DNA of 64,000 bases. It comes from an uncultured delta proteobacterium. Its GTDB lineage: Bacteria; Myxococcota_A; Polyangia; Polyangiales; Houyiibacteriaceae. The position numbers and the translations under genes are program-made. The stretch lies in NCBI GenBank assembly GCA_963699755.1, contig CAVOVB010000001.1, positions 576,001 to 640,000 on the forward strand, given 5' to 3'. A model generated the notes under the pieces. The model ran no database searches, was not told where the DNA came from, and saw nothing but the letters and a program-made list of their open reading frames with translations. Positions 47,591 to 56,300 of this stretch are shown piece after piece. Within the stretch, counting starts at the first letter, position 1, and every line of letters begins with the position of its first letter.

Positions 47591-50134
47591 CTAAGGCCGA
47601 GTGACGCTCGGTGTCCCACCCATTTTGACGATGGAATCGACGAGGATCTGCTTGATGTAGGCCCCGTTGTGTATGTACGCGCCTGGGTCCTTCGCGGCCA
47701 CCTGGTAGTTGTAGGCCGCGGTCAGCATGTCGAAGTCGAAGTCGAGGTATCGGTTGGGATAAATCGCTGGCACGCCACCCTTGAACCAGTATGGGTAGGC
47801 GACCGGGTCGTACTGCACCGGCGAGTCCTTGGGCAGCCCCGTAGAGGGATTGCCCGTTGTGGCGTACGCCTGGATCGCTGCCAGCAGCTCGGCTTTCAGG
47901 GTCTCAATGTCTTCGAAGTTCGTGTTCAGCGAGCCGCTCATCGTTGGGAAGCTGCTGCCAATGTGGCAGCCGTTGCAGTCCGCGACCTTGGGCAAGAAGG
48001 TATGCTTCTTGTCCTGGGCGTCGTCGGCGTTCATGTGACAGCCGATACAATCGATGAGACCCGCAGCAATCGGCAGCTGCGTGTGTGTAAGGAAGCGGTT
48101 CTTACCGAGGTAGCTCTCTCCCTCATACTGGTATCCACCCCGCACATCGTTGCCGAAGAAGGTCGCCCCGACGGCATAGTAGTGGATATTGATGAAGCTG
48201 TAGGAATCGTAATCCTCGTTCTCACCGTTTGGCACCGCTGCATTCACACTATCGGTCGAGGCATTGCCCTGGTGACAGGTGATGCAGATGTTGCTGGCGT
48301 TGTTGAGCGTAGCTGTCTCGCCAGACGGAAACGCGACCGGTTCGAGCCGTGGGTTGGTGCCGACGGCGGCATAGCGCGTCTCCGCGTTGGCGAAGAGGTT
48401 CGGATCGTTGTGACAGGATGTGCAACCCACCGCAGTCAAGGGCAGCTGGGGAGTCAGTGACCCACCCATCGCGTAGATGCCGAAGCCGTTGGCGTTGTGG
48501 CACTTCGTGCACGTGGCCTCCACCTCGAGCTCCGGATCCCAGTGACGGAAGACCTCGGAGCCGGAGTCGCCATGGCCGCTGATCTGCCATTGCTCGGTCT
48601 TGGAGGCCGATCCAATGGCCGAGCCGTCGAGCGTCAGGTTGCCTCGACCGATCACCGGGACGGCGGAGGTTCCACCGAGGTCCACGATCGAATCGTACAG
48701 GATTTGCTGGAGGTAGGTCCCGTTGTGGATGAACCCATTCGGGTCTTCCTGGGTGACCTGGTAGTTGTACGCAGCAGAAAGAAGGGCTGCATCGAAGTCT
48801 TCGTACGCGTTGGAGCGGCCACAAGCCATCCCGTTGTCGTAGCAGAATCGGCCGTCATAGATGATGGGCTCTCCGATGACGGTGTCTGCGTAGTCTTGGA
48901 TCTCCGCATAGAGCTCTGCCTGCAGTGCCTGAATGTTGTCGTAGTTCCGCTTGGGCGAGCCGTCGAGCGTCTGGAAGCTCGTGCCGCCGTGGCAGTCGAT
49001 GCAGGTGTCGACAGCCGGGATCCAGGTGTGATTCTCGCCGTTCTCGGCGTTGGTCATGTGACAGCCCTCGCAGGTCGACAGATCATCGGGGTGCGATGGG
49101 AAGGTGTTGCGGGTGACGTACTCGTTGCCCTCGTACTGATACCCTGGATTGGCTTCACTTCCGAACAAGCTTGCAGCCGCGCCAAAGTGGTGGATGCTGA
49201 CGGCCTCGTACGGCCCTGGGCCCGCGTCGATCTCCTGCTGCACTGACCTGCCGGACTCACGCCCCTGGTGACAGACCAGGCACATGTTGCTGCTGCCAAA
49301 GAGTGAGAGGTGCGCATCTTCGGGGAGCTCGTCCACGGGAAACTGCACGGGCTCGAGCGCAGCGAAGGACGGGTTATAGTAGCTCGAGGGCGAGCCGGTG
49401 TGGCAAGCCACACACTCGAGACCAAGTGACGGCGCGTTGGCTTGAGTCACCAGACCGTCAGGCGCATAGTCGAGGAAACCCGCCGCGGAGTGGCACTGGG
49501 CGCAACCGGTGGAAACGGGGCCCGGATCAAAGCGACGCCACGTTCCTGCTGTCAAGTCGCCGTGTCCGCTCGTTGCCCACTGCTCGTAGATCTCGGACGC
49601 GGGTCCACTGGCTAGGGTGTAGCCTTCGGACTCCTCGCCTGTGTCTGCGGGAGAGGGAGCACCGCCGGCGCCACCTGCACCGCCCGCGCCGGAGGCGATC
49701 GCTCTAAACTTCAGCACTGTGGTCTCGGTGAGCGTGATCGGCCCGGCGTACGCTGGGCTCGGGTTGTCAGGGTCTGCAGGGTCGACGTCCGTGAGATCGG
49801 TGGTGAAGTAAATGGTCGCGCCAGCGCTCTCGGGTCCGCTGGCGATCAGCCTGACCGTGATGTTTGGATCGAACGTCCTCCCGGAGGGATCCGCATTGAC
49901 GCAGAGGTCTTCCACGCACGCGGGGATGCTGCCGCCCGTGCCGCCCGTGCCGCCTTCGCCGCCGCCGCCGCTACCCGCAGAGCCACCGCTACCCGCGGAG
50001 CCACCGCTTCCTGCGGAGCCGCCGCTTCCCGCAGCGCCGCCGCCGTCGTCGGAGCTACAACCCATCACTGCGACCGTGAACGACAACATCGCGAACAACA
50101 CGCAACGCGAAACCAAAGACTTATTCATTTGCAT
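47591..50134 (-). CDS. 10-heme cytochrome c lipoprotein built from two tandem pentaheme modules
   Basis: VMGC lipobox, Gly/Ser linker, CHB_HEX_C/Fn3-associated-like domain (ATIYFTTD...TVLKFRA), two modules of 5 CxxCH each ending AAYNY...IHNG.Y..Q.L.DSI. Confidence 0.92.
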   Translation of the reverse strand: MQMNKSLVSRCVLFAMLSFTVAVMGCSSDDGGGAAGSGGSAGSGGSAGSGGSAGSGGGGEGGTGGTGGSIPACVEDLCVNADPSGRTFDPNITVRLIASGPESAGATIYFTTDLTDVDPADPDNPSPAYAGPITLTETTVLKFRAIASGAGGAGGAGGAPSPADTGEESEGYTLASGPASEIYEQWATSGHGDLTAGTWRRFDPGPVSTGCAQCHSAAGFLDYAPDGLVTQANAPSLGLECVACHTGSPSSYYNPSFAALEPVQFPVDELPEDAHLSLFGSSNMCLVCHQGRESGRSVQQEIDAGPGPYEAVSIHHFGAAASLFGSEANPGYQYEGNEYVTRNTFPSHPDDLSTCEGCHMTNAENGENHTWIPAVDTCIDCHGGTSFQTLDGSPKRNYDNIQALQAELYAEIQDYADTVIGEPIIYDGRFCYDNGMACGRSNAYEDFDAALLSAAYNYQVTQEDPNGFIHNGTYLQQILYDSIVDLGGTSAVPVIGRGNLTLDGSAIGSASKTEQWQISGHGDSGSEVFRHWDPELEVEATCTKCHNANGFGIYAMGGSLTPQLPLTAVGCTSCHNDPNLFANAETRYAAVGTNPRLEPVAFPSGETATLNNASNICITCHQGNASTDSVNAAVPNGENEDYDSYSFINIHYYAVGATFFGNDVRGGYQYEGESYLGKNRFLTHTQLPIAAGLIDCIGCHMNADDAQDKKHTFLPKVADCNGCHIGSSFPTMSGSLNTNFEDIETLKAELLAAIQAYATTGNPSTGLPKDSPVQYDPVAYPYWFKGGVPAIYPNRYLDFDFDMLTAAYNYQVAAKDPGAYIHNGAYIKQILVDSIVKMGGTPSVTRP
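49935..50045 (-). repeat. In-frame 18-nt tandem repeat encoding a (GGSAGS)n linker
   Basis: ccgctacccgc(a/g)gagcca-type units encoding GSGGSAGSGGSAGSGGSAGSGG. Confidence 0.85.
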
Positions 50135-50350
50135 GGCCCTCTCACCAATCTCCACCCGATGCTGGACGTGCTGATTCTGTACAATTCGCACGAGAAATCA
50201 AAGGATTGTCACTGAAAAACGTTTTCAACAACCGATACCGATCGCTGCCTTCACGTGCGCGCAAAATCTGCGCGCACAAACTTATTATGCGCGTCGTACT
50301 TGCGGCGTCGGCAGACATCATCTGGGAATCCTCATCTGGTGCGCTTGCTA

Positions 50351-50366
50351 TGCAAGCGCGGTACCA
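50351..50366 (-). promoter_or_regulatory. Candidate sigma54 (-24/-12) promoter for the cytochrome operon
   Basis: TGGTAC-CGCGC-TTGCA on the minus strand; exact GG-N10-GC spacing, one mismatch to TGGCAC-N5-TTGCW. Confidence 0.55.
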
Positions 50367-50377
50367 AGTTGAAGCGC

Positions 50378-50902
50378 TCACTCCTGGTCGACGACGCCCA
50401 CTGCAACCGGTGCGTCGAGCGCGTCGACGCATGCACGGTCGATCAGGCTACGCATGACATGCATCTGTTCAGCGCCGAGACCCTGACCGATCAAGGTCGC
50501 TCCGTACACGAAACCGAAAAGCGCGACCGACGCGGGCACGATCCAAAACGCCCAGGGCGACTGACCCAGCGTCAGCTGAACGATGCCGTACGAGAATCCG
50601 CCGAGCGCAGCGATCGCCAGCAAAATGTAGACGCCCATGAACATCGTCCAGACGTTTGGATGCGGCGAAAAGCGGCCGCGAATCGCCGAGCCGTCCGGCT
50701 CGTCTTCGACTTCGAGGTTGAGATACGGTGACCAAAACGTACGCTCTCCGTCGCGCATCAAGACGACCGCATGTTTCTGAAAGACCTGACCACGCAGCGA
50801 GCCCGGGGCGTTTTGAAGCTGCGATTTCAGCGCGCCGAGCCAGCGCTCACGCTCCACTGGGAGCTGTAGCTCGAACCGAGGTCGCATGCGTGGGGGCGCC
50901 AT
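50378..50902 (-). CDS. Hypothetical membrane protein (2 TM)
   Basis: Soluble N-terminal domain (FWSPYL, GRFSPHPNVWT) followed by two TM helices. Confidence 0.75.
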   Translation of the reverse strand: MAPPRMRPRFELQLPVERERWLGALKSQLQNAPGSLRGQVFQKHAVVLMRDGERTFWSPYLNLEVEDEPDGSAIRGRFSPHPNVWTMFMGVYILLAIAALGGFSYGIVQLTLGQSPWAFWIVPASVALFGFVYGATLIGQGLGAEQMHVMRSLIDRACVDALDAPVAVGVVDQE

Positions 50903-50977
50903 ACGGGTGAGGATACCGGATTCATTCTCCGAACCGACGCGAAAAAAATGCGCGTGATCGCTGGCCTTCGCTCGAGG

Positions 50978-52717
50978 TCACGCCGGTGGTGGCGCGGAGG
51001 ATGGGAACACCACTTGGGACGGCGTCATGAATGGGCGCTTCTCGATGTCGACCTGCCGCTCGGGGAAGAAGTCTTCGAAGCAGAGCTTGCTGGTCGTGCG
51101 CAACTGGTCGGCAACGACCTCCGCCATCGAAGTGTCGAGGAGCATTCCCTGCTCGGCCAGGTCTCCCCGGAGCCGATGGCAAAGCTGGTCGATTCGTTGC
51201 AGCGCCGATAGATAGGAGCCGCGCCAGATCTCGAGATACGGCCGGTGGTCCATCGGGTTGGTCGAGAGCAAGCGGCGCAAGGTGTTCGACGGGAGAAAGG
51301 TGTACGAGCTGACCTCAGGATGTTTTCGAAGCGTGGCGTTGCGCGCTCGTTCGAAGCGAGTGAACGTAATGGTCCGAATGTCTTGGTCGATGTTGTAGAG
51401 CACGCCACGTCGATGGGCGACGCCCGGAAGCTTGGACACGTACGGAACGAATGGATCCAAGGTCATGACGAGCGTCGCATTTCGTTGGATCGCTTCGACG
51501 AAGTTGGAGGTTCGGGTGATCGCGCCGTCTTCGTAGTAGCGGCCCTCGATGGGCACGGACGAGAACGCTGGGTTGACGCTGAGCGAAGCTTGAACGGCCT
51601 TGCTGATCGGGACGTGGTCGTAGCCTTCGGAGCCGAACAGGACGTGCGATCGGGCGTCTTGATCGGACGCACCGACGTAGAGCTCGATCGGAAGCTTTCG
51701 AAAGTCGTTGGTGCTGCCGGCCATCTCTATGATCCGGCGCAGGATTACCTCGAATTCGGCGGAGTGAAACGGAGCACCGACCAGGCTCGTATACTCGAGA
51801 AAGAGCTTCTCGGCGGTGTCTTCCCCACGCCCTCGAACGCTATCCCAGAAGGCGCGAAGGGCAGTCTTGGCCGCGCTCGTCATGCGCCAGCGCATGTCCT
51901 GGTGATTGAAGTGCGAGAGGCGCAGGAGGCTCAGCGACAGCGGCGGGACGCGACCACCCTGCTCGTTCGCGATGCCGGCCATCAGCTCGTCGGGCGTGTA
52001 GCCAACCGAGAGAAGGCTCGTGACCACGGCGCCGGCACTGATGCCGAACATCATGTCGAAGTCGTTGACGCCGCAGTTGGTGAGGCAGTCGTCGATGCAC
52101 TTGAGCACGCCCATCTCATAATAGATACCAGTGATGCCTCCGCCCGACGCGCAGATCGCGGTCTTGCCAATGCGACGCGAGCTGGTGAGCTCGTCAGCGG
52201 TGCGAAGGATCTGCTCGGCGAAGCGCTCGTCGCTCGACCAGGCGGGAACGTCCTCCTGAAAAGCTTGCCGAACGACGTAGCGGACGCCTATGGCGCCGAG
52301 CTCGATGATCAGATCGTCGAGACGCTTGGCATCCGGACCCGACACCAAAACGACGATGCGGTGAAAGCCGTACCGTTGCTCGACGTCCTCGTCGTGGTCG
52401 AGCTCCCTCAAGAGCTGGCGAATCTCGGCGACGCGGTTTTCGAAGTTCTCGCACCAGCGAAGATCGACGAGCAACAGATTCACATAGGCGGATCGAAGTG
52501 CGCCGGTGGCACCTAGGGTGTCCCAGACGGGCACGAATTCGAGCTCGTGGCCTCGGATTCGAATCACGGGGTAGAGGTCGGACCGGACACGCTCGGCTCG
52601 GGGAGTAGCGCCCATGTCGTTGATGAGCGATTCGAAGCACTGCAGGCCCGAGCCGACGTAGAGCACGCGTTTGCGCGTTTTGCCTGGCTCATACTGGCAG
52701 GGGGCATCACGAGTCAT
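50978..52717 (-). CDS. Patatin-like phospholipase with N-terminal receiver-like domain
   Basis: SGGGITG, GISAG and EDGA motifs; the N-terminal ~170 aa have a CheY-like strand order. Confidence 0.85.
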   Translation of the reverse strand: MTRDAPCQYEPGKTRKRVLYVGSGLQCFESLINDMGATPRAERVRSDLYPVIRIRGHELEFVPVWDTLGATGALRSAYVNLLLVDLRWCENFENRVAEIRQLLRELDHDEDVEQRYGFHRIVVLVSGPDAKRLDDLIIELGAIGVRYVVRQAFQEDVPAWSSDERFAEQILRTADELTSSRRIGKTAICASGGGITGIYYEMGVLKCIDDCLTNCGVNDFDMMFGISAGAVVTSLLSVGYTPDELMAGIANEQGGRVPPLSLSLLRLSHFNHQDMRWRMTSAAKTALRAFWDSVRGRGEDTAEKLFLEYTSLVGAPFHSAEFEVILRRIIEMAGSTNDFRKLPIELYVGASDQDARSHVLFGSEGYDHVPISKAVQASLSVNPAFSSVPIEGRYYEDGAITRTSNFVEAIQRNATLVMTLDPFVPYVSKLPGVAHRRGVLYNIDQDIRTITFTRFERARNATLRKHPEVSSYTFLPSNTLRRLLSTNPMDHRPYLEIWRGSYLSALQRIDQLCHRLRGDLAEQGMLLDTSMAEVVADQLRTTSKLCFEDFFPERQVDIEKRPFMTPSQVVFPSSAPPPA

Positions 52718-52725
52718 GAGAGGAG

Positions 52726-53058
52726 TCAGCTCTTCGGGGGTAGCGACCTGGCATAGGACAAACCCTGCTCTAGCCAGGCCTCGAGGCTAGGCGCCGGCCG
52801 GATACCGCGCGGGCCGACATATACCATGCCTTTCATCGGTCGGCCCGTGAAGTCCATCGCGCGTGCACCGGGCTTCTTCAGAGCCGCGTCGTACGCCTCG
52901 GGCCCCACACGCACCATCAGCTCGTCGCCGATGATCCCGCAGGCCATGTGCCCATTCACCAAGAACGCCAGCCCACCGAACATCTTCTTTTCGCCTATGC
53001 CGCGCCGACGTTTCAGGAGCTCACGTACTCGCTCAGCGAGCTTCTCGTCGTATGCCAT
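52726..53058 (-). CDS. TfoX N-terminal-domain protein
   Basis: MAYDEKLAERVR, EKKMFGG, GRPMKG, SLPPK. Confidence 0.9.
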   Translation of the reverse strand: MAYDEKLAERVRELLKRRRGIGEKKMFGGLAFLVNGHMACGIIGDELMVRVGPEAYDAALKKPGARAMDFTGRPMKGMVYVGPRGIRPAPSLEAWLEQGLSYARSLPPKS

Positions 53059-53062
53059 GGGC

Positions 53063-54550
53063 TCAGATGTACTTGATGCTGAGGTCGATGAGGAGCTGCT
53101 TGAACTTGGTGAATGGCGCCGTCATCAGATCGATCCCACTGAGGGGCAACCACTGCTTGAGCACGCCGCGTGCGTTCGAGAACGCCTCGAAGCCGAAGAA
53201 ACCGTGGCCCTTGCCTATGCCGCTATTGTTGGAGCCGCCGAAGGGCAGATCGCTGTTGAAGAAGTGGATCGCGTTGTGATTGATGCAAGTGCCACCCGCG
53301 CGGGTGCTGGAGATGATCTGGTCGATGTTCCGTTTGTTCTTGCTGTAGATGTAGAGCGCGAGTGGCTTTTCCTTCGAATTGATCATCTCGATCGGCTCGT
53401 CGAGCGACGAGTAGCCGTACACCGGAAGCATGGGCCCAAAGATCTCCTCGGTCATCAGGTCCGATCTCGGATCGACGTCGGTCAACACGGTCGGCTCGAT
53501 GTAGTCCTCGCTGCCTTCGGTGCCGCCGCCGTAGGCCAGCGTGGCGCCCCGCTGCTTGGCGTCCTCGAGATATTTGGAGAGCCGTTGGTAGTGTCTGTGG
53601 TTGACGATCCGTGCGTAGGAGTCCGAGCGTCGCGCGTCGAGCCCATAGAAGTCCTCTATGTTTTTTTTGAGCTTCTCCAGAAACTCTTCCTTTTTGCTCT
53701 CGTGCACGAACAGATAGTCGGGAGCGATGCAGATCTGACCGTTGTTGGTGAATTTGGCCCAAGCGATACGCTTCGCGGCAACGTCGAGGTTTGCGGTTTC
53801 GTCGACGATGGTGGGCGACTTGCCACCAAGCTCGAGCGTCACCGAGCAGAGATGCTTCGCGGCCGCCTCCATCACGACCTTGCCGATCGCCGGGGCGCCC
53901 GTGAAAAAGATGTGATTGAACGGCTGGCTCAGAAGAGCGGTCGAAGTTTCGACACCGCCTTCGATGACTGCGACTTCGCTTTCGTCGAAGACAGATTCGA
54001 TGATCTTTCTGGTGAGCGCGGAGGCGTGAGGCGTGTGTTCGGAGGGTTTGATCACGACCGTGTTCCCGGCCGCAAGCGCGGTCACGAGGGGACCAAAGGT
54101 TAGAGTGATGGGGAAGTTCCAAGGGGCGATAATCAACACAACGCCTTTGGGCTCGTAGTGAATGTAGGAGCGCGTCCCCAGCAGCATCAGGGGCGTCTTG
54201 ACTCGGTGCGGGCGCGTCCATTTCGAAAGGTGGCGCACCGTGTGCTTGATCTCGCTGGTGACCGGAAGGATCTCGGTCAGGTCGACCTCGCTCGGATTCT
54301 TTCGAAAATCCGAATAGAGCGCATCGCGAATCTCCTGCCTGTGGGCCAGCACCGCTTTGCCGAGCCGCTTCAGCTTCTCCTTGCGCTCCCGCGCGGTGCT
54401 CCGGGCGATCGCGTATTGTCGACCTCGTTGAAGTGCGAAAATCCGCTCGACCTCAGCTGTGTTGGAGTCGATTCCACGCTCTATTCCTGAAGCCTGATGG
54501 GCGCCGTTGCGGCTCACCTCGGTGCTGACCGGAGCTGGGGACTGCGACAT
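53063..54550 (-). CDS. Aldehyde dehydrogenase (ALDH3-like)
   Basis: PWNFP, KPSE, FTG, LELGGKSP, GQICIAPDY, EEIFGP. Confidence 0.95.
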   Translation of the reverse strand: MSQSPAPVSTEVSRNGAHQASGIERGIDSNTAEVERIFALQRGRQYAIARSTARERKEKLKRLGKAVLAHRQEIRDALYSDFRKNPSEVDLTEILPVTSEIKHTVRHLSKWTRPHRVKTPLMLLGTRSYIHYEPKGVVLIIAPWNFPITLTFGPLVTALAAGNTVVIKPSEHTPHASALTRKIIESVFDESEVAVIEGGVETSTALLSQPFNHIFFTGAPAIGKVVMEAAAKHLCSVTLELGGKSPTIVDETANLDVAAKRIAWAKFTNNGQICIAPDYLFVHESKKEEFLEKLKKNIEDFYGLDARRSDSYARIVNHRHYQRLSKYLEDAKQRGATLAYGGGTEGSEDYIEPTVLTDVDPRSDLMTEEIFGPMLPVYGYSSLDEPIEMINSKEKPLALYIYSKNKRNIDQIISSTRAGGTCINHNAIHFFNSDLPFGGSNNSGIGKGHGFFGFEAFSNARGVLKQWLPLSGIDLMTAPFTKFKQLLIDLSIKYI

Positions 54551-54641
54551 GTTCTGAACCTTCTGTGAGGAGGGGTAGGCCCGAGTGATGCGACTCGGAT
54601 TTGAGGGTGATCAAGAGGATGATTGGCGGCGCTTCAGATTG

Positions 54642-54876
54642 TCAAGCAGCGACCTCTGCGGCGATCTTCTCCGATACTTCCCAGAGCTTGGCGGCCATCT
54701 CTTCATCCCGGCCGTGCGTGCTCGACTCGTCGCAGCCCGCGAAATACTTGCCCGACAGCCCTTGGACTTCCGGATGGACGGCGAGATGGCACAGCGTCGC
54801 CCGTTACGTCCTCGGCGCTGCTTCCATCGCCAAATCCGCTCGGACCCTTGCCCTTGAACATCGAGAGTAGGGACAT
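54642..54876 (-). pseudogene. Internally deleted short-chain dehydrogenase (retinol-dehydrogenase/Tic32-like) remnant
   Basis: N-terminus MSLLSMFKGKGPSGFGDGSSAEDVTG is joined out of frame to C-terminus ATLCHLAVHPEVQGLSGKYF...AAKLWEVSEKI; the Rossmann and YxxxK core is missing. Confidence 0.75.
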
Positions 54877-54893
54877 GCTCGGTTTTCTAGCGC

Positions 54894-56291
54894 TCAGTAG
54901 AACCCGGTACAAGCGTCGACGTCGATGCAGTTCTGGAGCGCGCAATCCGAGCACTCTTGGGAGCCTGCGTCCGCCAAACAAGGCGAGAGGCAGAAGGCCG
55001 TCGAGCAGGCGGCGATGGAGCCGTAGCAGCCCGTGCAGGCGGTCGAAAGCCCACTTTGGTCGCTGATGCACTCAGCAATGCAGGTGCCGAGCGCGTTGCG
55101 CGTCGTCTCCGAGCGATCGCCGAGCACGGCCACGATCTCGGCACCGCAGGCACTCTGCGGACAGCCGGCGGCAAGCATTCCCACGATTGCGGGCCCGCTC
55201 TGCTCATCGGTTGCCAGTGCCTCGAGCGCGGCCTGGTCGGCATCGTTCAAGCACTGGTCCAAGGGCGTTGGGATGACCCCGGCGCCACCCGTGCCACCGC
55301 TACCGCCTGCCCCGCCCCGGAGGGTTTCGCTCACGATGAAGGCCTGGACCCCGCCAAACCGGAACATCGTGCTGAACGAAGTGCAGAGGCCGCTGCTTTC
55401 GTCGTAGTCGCCGTCTGCAAGCTCGGCCATCGCTACCTCGAACTCATCGATCGTGAAGTTCGCGGCATTGTCGTTGTCGGTCGTCGGCACGCCGATGATG
55501 TCTCGAATGTTGGCCACGTCCCAGTAGCCGGAGACCGTTCCCTCGAAGGCGTCGTCTCGGAGCTCGACCCTCAGCCAACTATCGTGAAGCAAGAGCTCAT
55601 CGCGCACGATCATGATGTCAATCGGAAAAAGGAGATCGAGCGGGCCAGCTACCAGTACGCCGTCGACCACGGCCCCCTCGACCGAGCCGCTGTGATATCG
55701 GGAGTCGGGGTGAATGCCCAGCGTGGCGCCAGGCAAGACCGAGTTGTCTGTACCGAGCGCGGGCGCGTCCTCACTGCTGAAGATCTGCACGCGAACCTCG
55801 TCGTCGTTCCGAGGGTCGTCGAGGCCCTCGACCTGCAGAAGAATCGTCATCGAGCCGTTCTTGACCGCCCCTGCGATGACACCGTCGACCAGTTGCCCTT
55901 CATGAAAGCCGCCGAAAACCGGCTTTCCGTCTTCGCGGAGCGCTTCGTTGCGAATGATTTCGAGAAAGCCGTAGTCGACGCCGGGGACCTGCGCCCGGCT
56001 CGTCCAGTCGTCGTGAGCGCACTCATCGCTTCCCGGCGCGTCGCTGCTCGAGACACGGCCGTCGAGATCAAAGCCATCGATGCCGGCCGCAGGGTCCTCG
56101 GGGTAGTAGAAGCCAAACGAGGACGCCACGAAGCCGAGGCCGGGCAGGACTTCTGGCCCCGCTGCTTCGTTTGTGCCACCGCTCCCAACGCTGTTGGGTG
56201 CCGATGAGGTGTCGCCGCCGCAGCCGAACAAGAACACGCCAACGGCCGAAGCGACGACACATTGGACTGCGTTGGTGACGCGCTTGTTCAC
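54894..56291 (-). CDS. Lipoprotein of unknown function (GFDLDG family) with Cys-rich C-terminal domain
   Basis: LFGC lipobox, GIDGFDLDG, GVDYGF, Gly linker, repeated CxxC/CxxxC without His. Confidence 0.8.
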   Translation of the reverse strand: MNKRVTNAVQCVVASAVGVFLFGCGGDTSSAPNSVGSGGTNEAAGPEVLPGLGFVASSFGFYYPEDPAAGIDGFDLDGRVSSSDAPGSDECAHDDWTSRAQVPGVDYGFLEIIRNEALREDGKPVFGGFHEGQLVDGVIAGAVKNGSMTILLQVEGLDDPRNDDEVRVQIFSSEDAPALGTDNSVLPGATLGIHPDSRYHSGSVEGAVVDGVLVAGPLDLLFPIDIMIVRDELLLHDSWLRVELRDDAFEGTVSGYWDVANIRDIIGVPTTDNDNAANFTIDEFEVAMAELADGDYDESSGLCTSFSTMFRFGGVQAFIVSETLRGGAGGSGGTGGAGVIPTPLDQCLNDADQAALEALATDEQSGPAIVGMLAAGCPQSACGAEIVAVLGDRSETTRNALGTCIAECISDQSGLSTACTGCYGSIAACSTAFCLSPCLADAGSQECSDCALQNCIDVDACTGFY

Positions 56292-56300
56292 GGCCGTTCC

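Noticed and set aside
49935..50045. Tandem repeat as a possible CRISPR or contingency locus
   Set aside because: In-frame 18-nt units with synonymous variation and no spacers; it encodes a Gly/Ser linker.
44354..50134. Naming the cytochromes mtrC, omcS, omcZ or nrfA
   Set aside because: Heme counts and spacing do not match what I can recognise for these proteins, and there is no CxxCK; polymerising nanowire behaviour cannot be inferred.
50935..50958. CGCG-A6/7-GCG similarity to 32397-32415 as a dispersed repeat
   Set aside because: Too short and imperfect to distinguish from chance.
50978..52717. Patatin as a CBASS or other anti-phage effector
   Set aside because: No cyclase or other defence gene nearby; the neighbours are metabolic.
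54894..55260. Cys-rich tail as a cytochrome or ferredoxin
   Set aside because: No CxxCH and no ferredoxin spacing; more likely disulfide-bonded in an exported protein.
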